From positions 1,364,001 to 1,428,000 of the forward strand of contig OZ025788.1 of assembly GCA_964019425.1 (NCBI GenBank): a DNA stretch of 64,000 bases, given 5' to 3'. The notes below the pieces were generated by a model, which ran no database searches, was not told where the DNA came from, and saw only the letters and a program-made list of their open reading frames with translations. Origin of the DNA: Flectonema sp. DT1601 (taxonomy: Eukaryota). Shown piece after piece: positions 57,201 to 64,000 of this stretch. The position numbers and the translations under genes were made by a program. Numbering within the stretch: the stretch's first letter is position 1; each line of letters starts with the position of its first letter.

Positions 57201-58680
57201 TGGAAAAGACCCTCCTGCTGAGTATCCTCCTTGGAGGAAGAGATTGTTCTTAGTAGTTGTAACCAGAAAATTTGACTTAGTAATTGCTGTTTGTATTGCG
57301 ATTAACATTTTAGGAATGGCTTGCGAACACCATCCAAGCACTCCAGAATTCGACCTCATGCTGAGTACTTTGAACTTGGCAATGCTCTGTGTGTTTGCCA
57401 CTGAGGCCGTTGTAAAGATCACGGCACTCGGTATTCGACAGTATTTAAGGAATTCCTGGTGTAGATTTGATTTAGCAATTGTAGTGATCTCTGTACTTCC
57501 TCTTGTGATTCAGTTTTTTATTGACCTCTCAGGGAGTCACACTGAAGCTGAAGCCAACATACTAACCCAATTCAGAGCCCTGCGACTCATACGAATTCTT
57601 CGAATGATGAGAGCCTCTCGAGGTATCCGCCGACTGCTGAAGACATTTTTGTTGTCTCTTCCTTCATTGCTGAATGTTGCAGGGGTGCTTTTTTTGTTGT
57701 TTTTTGTGTATGCAGTTTTGGGTGTTTGGTTATTTTCAAAGGCTACATGGCTGCCTGAAGGACTCGACCGAAATGCCAATTTCACTCACTTTGCTCCTGC
57801 CTTGCTGTTATTACTTAGAATGAGTACGGGTGAGTCTTGGCAACATGTGATGCATAACTGCATGGCTTCACCAACTTCGTCAACAAGCACCGTCCAAGGT
57901 TGCGATGAGCACCTTGGAGGATGCATAGAACGCTGGCATGCTCCAGTATATTTTTGTTCTTTTTCATTCTTAGGAATGTATGTTCTGTCTAATTTGTTTA
58001 TTGCTGTTATTCTTGATCACTTTGGAGGAGAGTCTGACAGTCTCAATGAGGGCCACAGATCACTAATAAGAACCTGTTGGTCAAAACACGCACTTACCAG
58101 TACAACAATGCCTGCCAGTAGTATTCCTCAGTTTATAACAGGAATTGGACCACCTCTTGGACTACACCAGAACCCAATCAATTTAAACGACTTTATCACT
58201 TCATTAGAGTTGAGAGTCATTGATGATGTTATTCATCGTACGGAATTGTACTCGAAGCTGTTTCGTTCGGTTTTTGGAACACCACTTCCACTAAAACATG
58301 AAAAGTCAATGGAAAAGCAACAGGAAAACTTGCTTACTGGTGTTTCAGTTGACAGAATGAAGCCACTTGCTGATACTATTCGTCTAATTAAGATTCAATC
58401 TCTTGTTAGAGGAATGCTTGCAAGACGTCGGTTCCGACAGCAATCAAAAACAAACGATTGGATAGAGCTGATTTGTGAAGAGACCAGCGCACCCTACTTT
58501 CACAACATCAGTACGGGAGAGACAGTATGGGAACGTCCCTGTGATACTCGTCCGTCACAGCCGCAGTTGGCAGAGAAGTGGGTTCAATTTACTACTGATG
58601 AAGGCGTCCCTTATTTCTATGATGCTGCTAACTACAACACAAGTTGGGATCCTCCATTGTTCTATTCTAGCGAAGTGTAA
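51292..58680 (+). CDS. Four-domain voltage-gated Ca2+ channel alpha subunit (EEEE filter) with C-terminal IQ and two WW domains; start uncertain
   Basis: Four S4 segments; pore loops TLEGW, TGEDW, TLEGW, TGESW; IQSLVRGMLARR; W...YFHN..TGETVWERP and W...YFYD....TSWDPP. Confidence 0.92.
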   Translation: MANPGGWLEVDSETEYVAAEDTSAERAVQTPLANVAFQGGDEEEKWRLATNNLEAMISSISGSHSQGRKTPLTRVKKKNRNSTPTSDVLCPMLESVPSFREKRFLKNQNPQRLPTQQNELLDFGVDKVDFLQQEKLSNKYNNKGSSAPFYNKPVAGTSSCTSVPFGDLQISSSQPPPRRRNRRGGASAPNSRKSVSQADGEFRSPVIPPQPSRQVVEKVTSPLLSKSYSQTQGSDHEMGSEDSQNRGKSSPHSITFQRFGSDHEIVFEESSVPQTKSESQLSDKKTYHRIGSEDDHNGGQSRTFQRVGSDHEIGFEDSPLMFNSKHKSDLNSQQSSDLEMGSEMSHPRNHSLTYQRVGSDHEIGCEDSPIMLFPKKVKSSTSLHRVRSDNELTSPLTRTSGTFQRVGSDHFQNSSMLSLQGSNKNGTSQTFNKIASDNDISLRDTLSLRGSMKKEKSSFQGVKSDNGIRLQDSPILLSTHGSTNNDKRKSDRHSRKSGSYQSLTFQQLASDFSGTPFAGSFASEPKRKRRSKKASKTTIGASSEQDSDFQRLSPQTLMSGHAHDDMSAEDDLLGTTRSNIKTGDDLGLGSTHSPICNPLMPSIDTSRSVTSRGVCDRPQLSHLSTPLLTTTVEYHNKLNSRDSDYDLIEEEELPVDRIQSNKPNQWYEIDSELEYEEPTQPEPVIQQTELPIRLGGNVIAHSFYNCDTSSETNEWSSSSHSSKVYDDDDDSTDAVRTSNQDDWPRWRIAIRKFYLSRPWIDQIFLVVIILNCVLLALSDPTKTSSARSQIIDIGDSCCTAVYVFEMIFKITCFGLKQYLTVGWNIVDGIVAITGALSLINYLGRNGVLGAFKLVRPIKIASAIPQMGVLISSLNRALPLLFNVVVLYLFFLIAMGVVGVQQWEGLLSFRCVPDGLALLGNVTEDMLEEDFSDIVCRNLSDFTSLGGYYCPWGYSCISVADPDDGWLSFNNIFYAMLVLFTSITLEGWTQAMYHTVNATTPFAVCYWLFLILFGTYFLMNLTLLIITEMFSTDVSTKKLRATKREKRNTLLVAIRNSRVGKFLEPAFVWVYNLLVFIGECTRPEDKREVVRKFINTRLFKYTTMTAILVNTVALSVQYHGQPQKMTTVIDNMNIVLLVFFIVEVLVKMYPGLRGFGVDVFNVLDLLIVVAGIVELAIGGSGAISALRSLRVLRVLKLASFPTLQRILTMIFSSISQVGYLICLLFLVMSLCSLWGMELFGGEYKEHRSNFDSFHKGVVTSFQIITGEDWNEVMHHAMTSVGGWAAIFFMMLFVVGNYLVLNLFVAVLLHHNHEEAKLARNVPHVKFSDLTTSVKSQLHRIKKGQLVNLLLRHGISRKIISGLLQFNERCLHDGCAFASLHEETDLVEAISEPHWRARVLRTSNLLRHSIKLFINPVDHISFVLGELSAFYSTLDVKVVLEDPMLALKQPLPTLPDVSSEDSDRLSVGGVSVCTEYTEATEVKDVSEIVCSCSDDPRLLESRLTMKYSSEPDMTLKRGNNKKRLQLIRSFKNWISCETIARDDRKMVEIRLLDLCRHYNLHDKQWTKADIHSLLISYTDAPKKLPDALNKIIHVPAAELIFLYDWGQQLVSSNSEKTLREMYADRVRIGEKRKPNTMLDQAWHSIQDFSSYYARKEPTKKPSCFRRGLVLVVEHPVFEFAVLAAICISTVSLAIDTPLRPDDHPVEILLAKVNFVITLVFISEVVLKSVAYGFVSTPGSYLRREVWNRLDFFIVFVSVLSLVVPNASHISSFKLLRTLRPLRFINRIRGVRIVATAMILSFPPLVQIAVISVVIWLVFAILGLQLFGGRLYRCTSVSYGDVSQEIYNTRDICLSHNYSWVNSDTNFDNVGNSFIALFQVATLEGWVSLMYRSIDSVSYEHAPIKDNNPWVAYYYIGFIIFGSFLILNLFIGVLIETYASEKERIGASLFLSQEQEKWVRVHMEMLQMVKEGIGKDPPAEYPPWRKRLFLVVVTRKFDLVIAVCIAINILGMACEHHPSTPEFDLMLSTLNLAMLCVFATEAVVKITALGIRQYLRNSWCRFDLAIVVISVLPLVIQFFIDLSGSHTEAEANILTQFRALRLIRILRMMRASRGIRRLLKTFLLSLPSLLNVAGVLFLLFFVYAVLGVWLFSKATWLPEGLDRNANFTHFAPALLLLLRMSTGESWQHVMHNCMASPTSSTSTVQGCDEHLGGCIERWHAPVYFCSFSFLGMYVLSNLFIAVILDHFGGESDSLNEGHRSLIRTCWSKHALTSTTMPASSIPQFITGIGPPLGLHQNPINLNDFITSLELRVIDDVIHRTELYSKLFRSVFGTPLPLKHEKSMEKQQENLLTGVSVDRMKPLADTIRLIKIQSLVRGMLARRRFRQQSKTNDWIELICEETSAPYFHNISTGETVWERPCDTRPSQPQLAEKWVQFTTDEGVPYFYDAANYNTSWDPPLFYSSEV

Positions 58681-59353
58681 AACAACTTCTAATCAGTTAA
58701 CTTTGTGAAAAATTATTCTATTTTCGTCTGGATTTGTTTTCGTTGTTTGTTTAGGTATTCTCTTTTTTGCGGTTAATTTAACCTTACGATTAATGGCACC
58801 TGCAAAAATAAACCCCAGAGTGTGCTTTTAGTCATGTAATCCATTATCCTTTTAGCTACTATTTCTAAAATTGCCCATTTTAGTTACTACTGTTTTCTAC
58901 ATCGTCAACTTGTTACCATTTTAAAGATTCCAGCCGTTTGTTTACTTATTTTTTTTGTTTGGATGATGTTCAAAACCTCTTAGCTGCAGGTTTTTGTTTT
59001 AGGTAACTTGATCAAATTGTGTTTAAAAAATATTCCAACGGCTATGGGATCACAGACTTTGTTTTTTTCATTGAAATTTGTTATTCAGAAGTTGCAAGTT
59101 TTTCTTATTTCTATCTTTTGGCTCTGTATTCTAAGGATTGAATATTTATTTTATTCTTTACCCATCAAGTTCTGTCATCTCTTGTCCCTAGATGGAATGT
59201 GTTGGAAAAGGATCTCTTTGGCTTCGTCCATTAATAGACAAGAATGAGCATTAGTAGAATTCATTCGCTATGCTTGCGGTAGTGCGTCATTAATGCATTA
59301 GCCAAAGTTGATTCTGATTAAATCTTTTATCCACTTCAGAACAAACAAAAAAT

Positions 59354-59424
59354 TGCGTAAACCGAGAATCGAACTCGGGCCGACCCCGTGGCGGGGGGCC
59401 ATTCTACCACTAGACCATTTACGC
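59354..59424 (-). tRNA. tRNA-Gly (GCC), with C at position 33
   Basis: GCGTAAA/TTTACGC acceptor, A73, D-arm GTCTAGTGGTAGAAT, anticodon arm GCCCC-CCGCCAC-GGGGT, T-loop TTCGATT, downstream T-run. Confidence 0.88.
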
Positions 59425-59711
59425 TGATATCCAAAAAAAGTTTTTTATCTGATGTGATAAATAATAAAAAAACGATATTTTTTTATTTACTTGGGAAAAT
59501 TTTTATCATTCCAAAATGGTTGGAAGCGTTTTAAAAAATATTTACCCCTTCCAGAAACAAAGGGGTGAAGACTAAATTTTCCCTTAGTCATTGAAAAATT
59601 TGTTTTAGCTTTACATAGATTCATATTAGAACCAGCCCTTGAATATGAACCTGATGAACATTTTCAAATTTATTACTAGGTTATCTTCTATCATACTTCC
59701 TTTCCACAGCG

Positions 59712-60590
59712 ATGCCATTATTAGAGTCGGAAATAAAGCAGCTTCCTTCACAAGAAATGAACGTAGAGTGGGACAGCGGAACAGGTCATAGATATGACGA
59801 GTGGAGGGGATCGCAGCCGACGAGTGTTTCTTGTAATGGAGCGAGGGGAATGGTGATTTTTGTGGTGGCTTTGGTGTTGGTTGCTTACGTTCCGTACGTA
59901 ATTTTGAATGAGAATAGAGGAGTTGGGGGTGTGATTACTGTGGTTTTATTTCACGTACCTCTGGGACTAATGTTTCTTGCCTATGTGCAGTGTATGATTA
60001 CTGATCCGGGAACTGTACCAATCTGGTGGCACGAAATGGTTGAGGAGCATGCCGCATCAGAATACCAGCTATGCCAGAAAAGCCGAATGCGCAAACCTCC
60101 ACGTTCACATTATTGCTCAGTGACGAGAAGGCTTGTATTAAATATGGATCACTACTGTCCGTGGGTAGCGAACACTGTTGGTTACTACAATAAGAAATAC
60201 TTTATACAATTCCTAGGATACACCTCCCTCACTAGTCTTTGGATTGTTATAACTGACTTAACGGTGTTCTATCATGATGTATTCCCTTTTGATTTGAATA
60301 GTGGCTTCTCGCGTACATCTCAGATTTTTTCGTTCCTGTTTTCTGCTGTTCTCGGGGTACTTCTTGGAGCCTTTACTCTTTTTCATGTTCATATGGTATG
60401 TCGTAATGAAACAACAATTGAGCGTTCCCCAGGAGGAGTTGGATTCAAGTATAACATCTCCACAAGACATAACTGGGAGGAGGTATTTGGAACACGGAAA
60501 CTGTACTGGTTCCTTCCCCTCTGGGGGAATGGTCCTGCTGGTGATGGTATCCGATGGCAGACAACTGATAGGGATTTGTCTATTGTGTAG
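59712..60590 (+). CDS. DHHC-family palmitoyltransferase (DHYC variant)
   Basis: TDPG, KPPRSHYCS...LNMDHYCPWVANTVGYYNKKYF, NETTIE, NWEEVFG; four TM segments. Confidence 0.92.
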   Translation: MPLLESEIKQLPSQEMNVEWDSGTGHRYDEWRGSQPTSVSCNGARGMVIFVVALVLVAYVPYVILNENRGVGGVITVVLFHVPLGLMFLAYVQCMITDPGTVPIWWHEMVEEHAASEYQLCQKSRMRKPPRSHYCSVTRRLVLNMDHYCPWVANTVGYYNKKYFIQFLGYTSLTSLWIVITDLTVFYHDVFPFDLNSGFSRTSQIFSFLFSAVLGVLLGAFTLFHVHMVCRNETTIERSPGGVGFKYNISTRHNWEEVFGTRKLYWFLPLWGNGPAGDGIRWQTTDRDLSIV

Positions 60591-60976
60591 TCTGAAGTGG
60601 AAAAACTCGATTTTCTTTTACTTCCTTATTCGTGTATGTTGATACTTTTTGTTACGTTTAGTTTTGGCAAAATAACTAAGTAGGAAGCTATTTGTATCTG
60701 GGAAACTGTTACCTTGGATTTCTGCTTGGTGGCGATCTTCCGGATTACTGACACCGCCGGATTCGTTTTGGTTTTGTGAAGGTTTTCTTTAATAAAACTT
60801 ACTTTAATAACCTCATTGATAGTGTTAGCTATCTTAATAAAGTATTGATACATCTGGGTTGTGGTTATTAAGGAAGTATCTTCTTATTCTCAACCAGTTA
60901 AAAAGGGAGCGAAGAATATACTTTTATTACATTGCTGTTATTTCTCACCGACAGTACCAAATAGTTACACGACAAG

Positions 60977-61453
60977 ATGTCGTCCAAGGCGGTGTTCGAG
61001 GCAGCTGGGAAAAGTTTTGCCCCCATACCACCTACGCATGAGTTCTTAAAGACGGAAGCAAAGAAAATGACGGCTGAGAAAGCTGTTTTACACCAGGGAG
61101 TGAAGGCCAAGGCTGCTGCTGCTGCTGCTAGCAGTCTTGGAATGTGGATGCTGTGCGGGAGTATTGGCGTTCTTTGCGCAGCCACCCTCTACGTGTGTCA
61201 TCAGCAACTAACTCAAGAAATTGAGAATGAGGAGCAACTGAGGAAAAAGGAAAAAAAATTATTTTGTCACTTTGGTAATCATTCTCAAGAAGATGTCGAC
61301 CTTCTAGACTCCGCCGAGAGGGATGCTGAAAGGATAGTTAACGAGACCGGCAGTAAAATTCTCGGAGTCTACCCTGCTTCCAAAGGTGGAAGCTGGGCAA
61401 TGTCCCTCTCTGATGCTCAAGGTAGTAAGGTACCTTTGGATGTCGACATATAA
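60977..61453 (+). CDS. Small single-TM hypothetical protein
   Basis: 158-aa ORF with one hydrophobic segment, LGMWMLCGSIGVLCAATLYV. Confidence 0.6.
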   Translation: MSSKAVFEAAGKSFAPIPPTHEFLKTEAKKMTAEKAVLHQGVKAKAAAAAASSLGMWMLCGSIGVLCAATLYVCHQQLTQEIENEEQLRKKEKKLFCHFGNHSQEDVDLLDSAERDAERIVNETGSKILGVYPASKGGSWAMSLSDAQGSKVPLDVDI

Positions 61454-61660
61454 CTGTAGATTTAAGCTCCTTTATTGGTGCTGAAACGCGCTTCCTGTTA
61501 AACAAAAAACCCCAACTTGGGGTTTTTGTGTTTGTTGTGCCGCAAGTTATCGAATTCGAATTACACCACTTTAGGAAACGAGTAACAGTTCCTTGATTGT
61601 GGTATCCATCTGTTTATTAATCTTTTATTGTTTTACTTATTTCAATAGAAATCCACCAAA

Positions 61661-63832
61661 ATGTCTAAGAAGAGAGAAGCAAAGACCATCCAGGTCTTTC
61701 TCAGAATGAGACCTCCCAACGGAAAGGAGGAGAAAGCTGGGGATAACTGCGATGTGGTTCACTTCAACCCTGAAACTAATTCTGTTCACTTGATGGAGAA
61801 GAAACAAAACCCTTACACTTTCACTAAGGTGTTTGGAGCAAAAAGTAGACAGGACGATGTTTTTAATACAGTTGCTAAGAAAGCTGTCGAAGATGCATTC
61901 GATGGATACCATGGATTAGTATTTGTGTATGGACAAACAGGAACAGGAAAGACCTTCACGATTTCCAATAAAACTAAAGGAGAAGAAGGTATGCTTCAAC
62001 GAGCCTGCAAACTTGTGTTTGGAAAGATCGAAGATGATCGAAAGGGAGACTATGACGTGAAGTGTACTTTTATTCAAATCTACCAAGAGATTATTCAAGA
62101 TTTATTAGATGATAAACGAACAGGTGTTGATGAAAAGAATAAGGGAATAGCAATTAGAGACGACCCAGATGTTGAAGGAGGAGTGTACCTTCACCCAATT
62201 ATTCAGCCAACTATTTACAAGGCTGGGGACGATCCAGAGGCTGGAGCGACAGAAGCGTTGCGTTTATTCCACAAGGGTGACAACAACCGTACTGTTGGAT
62301 GCACAGATATGAACGCTGTTAGCAGTCGTTCTCACACTATCTTTACTCTCAACATCACTCGTCGTAATAAAATGACTGATGAAGATTATGAAAACCCCGA
62401 CAAGGTTGACAAACAAGAGACTAAAGGTCGTCTTATTTTAGTCGATTTAGCAGGTTGTGAACGTCAAAAGAAGACTGCTGCTACTGGTCAACGTCTTAAC
62501 GAAGCAAACGCCATCAACAACTCTCTCTTGGTACTTGGAAGATGTATTAAAGCTCTTACAGACCCTAACCAGCACGTTCCATATCGGTATGTATTATATA
62601 AGAAAGATTATTTGTTTTGATTAGTGTCATGTGACTGTCACTCTTATAAAATAAATCAATCCAGTGAGTCAAAGCTTACTCGTCTTCTTCAGTATTCATT
62701 AGCTGGTCATGGTAAGACTTCTATTGTTGTTACTTGTGGTCCAAGGTATGATATTTATATATTTTAATAAACCAATTAATTGTTTTATTTCTATTATATT
62801 AAACTAATCAACCAACACAGTGAGGTCAATCTCGATGAGACGAGAAGTGCTATCGAATTTGGACAGCGTGCTATGACTATTAAACAACACGCTAAGCTTC
62901 ACGTAGAGATTGATTACAAGGCTCTTTGTAAGAAGCTTCAAGATCAACTAGACTCCAGAGGAGATGTTGCAAATCAGGATTTGATTGATGAAATCAAGTC
63001 CGACTACGAAGCACAAATACAGAACAGAGATGTTCGCATTAGAGTTCTTGAAATGGAAGTCGAAGAATTAAGAGGCGGGGCAAGCCCTAGAGATGGATCA
63101 CCACCACCAAAGAGTAGTGGAAGTGGTAGTGGCAGTGGTGGAGACAGAAGGTCAAAGAAAGAGGGAAAAGAATCTAAAGAAAGCAGGTCTCGTCGTTCTG
63201 ACAAGGAACGCGACAGCAGCGACAGAGACCGCGAAGAGTCAGACAGTGGTAGTCGACACAGAGATCCTGGTGAGTCTTCTTCAAGAAGTGACAGAGATAA
63301 AGACCGCTCATCAAAGTCTAAGTACAAAGCTATTGTAAAGGAATTAGAGGAAAAGTTAGACTCCTCTGGTATGCAAATTGCAAAGTTGAGGAAAGAAAAA
63401 GTCGGGCTATCCCGCAGTTCAAACGACCTCGAAGCAAAACTTCAGCAAAAGACGATTCAAATTAACCTCCTGGCAGCTAGATACCAAACTATGCTCAGAG
63501 AGAAGGAAGACAAGGTAGAGACAATGCAGGCAGCTATATTAAAGTTACAGAAAGGTGATTACATCTCTCCTACAGCTGACTTGGAAGTTGACGACTCTGA
63601 CGCATCTCCACGGCCTCAAGGAATGGCTGACAATGACTACATTCAGAGACTGGAATTAGTTGTCAGAAAGCTCCGTGAGAAGCAGAGTCAGCTCACAGCC
63701 TACCACCAAAAGTCGAAGGACGCTATTCAGTATTTACAATACCAGTGGGAAGAAGAACAAGAAAAGTGGCAAACTGAACGCGAACGACGAAAGAAGACTG
63801 AGGCCAAGCTCGATAGATACCGCTCTAAGTAG
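61661..63832 (+). CDS. Kinesin (ARK/kinesin-16-like); exons 61661-62586, 62665-62745, 62821-63832 (may continue beyond)
   Basis: YGQTGTGKT, SSRSH, LVDLAGCE. Two phase-2 introns restore HVPYR|ESKLTRLL...TCGPS|EVNLDETRSAIEFGQRAM. IDYKALCKKLQ neck resembles armadillo-repeat kinesins. Confidence 0.88.
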
Positions 63833-64000
63833 GTTCCCCAAATCATTTTTCAAGTCTTTTGCCATGCTTTCCCTCCGACACGGTTTCAGGCCCAGTTCGA
63901 GCCCGCTTGCCAATTTATTGCCGGCGGTCTCGGGCTAACACTTAGTGGGTTTCTCATACTTTGTTCCACACTTTGTAACAGCCTGAATGGCGGTACATGT

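Noticed and set aside
60140..60160. DHYC instead of DHHC
   Set aside because: Known active variant (e.g. yeast Akr1); not novel.
61505..61527. Palindrome AAAAACCCCAA-C-TTGGGGTTTTT resembling an intrinsic terminator
   Set aside because: Eukaryotic context, single low-complexity instance, no supporting function.

Overview
Eukaryotic nuclear DNA with about 23 host protein-coding genes, all on the + strand. Many are preceded by a pyrimidine tract plus AG, and several have short GT-AG introns. I infer a euglenozoan (diplonemid-like) polycistronic, trans-spliced gene cluster; the taxon is inferred, not shown. Genes: a tandem array of at least 3 eEF3 genes separated by unrelated cargo (a ubiquitin-like+LRR gene, a SWIM/MULE-like remnant), LMBR1, M16 and M1 peptidases, a 2TM channel-like protein, Prp18, two kinesins, a transmembrane RING-H2 protein, type II PI4K, a MIB_HERC2 protein, an EEEE four-domain Ca2+ channel with IQ and WW domains, and a DHHC acyltransferase. 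tRNA-Trp(CCA) and tRNA-Gly(GCC) lie on the - strand. Most notable: (1) tRNA-Trp has a mobile element about 50 bp away on each side. One is a TIR element with a frameshifted adenain/Polinton-type cysteine protease; the other is a 5'-truncated RT-RNaseH non-LTR element bounded by a perfect 30-bp INVERTED repeat instead of a direct TSD. (2) Cis-introns are G/U-rich at the 5' end and A/C-rich at the 3' end with no polypyrimidine tract, unlike the putative trans-splice acceptors. (3) The first ATPase site of eEF3 is degenerate. (4) Two antisense retroelement relics sit inside introns. All calls come from motif reading by eye; no searches were run.
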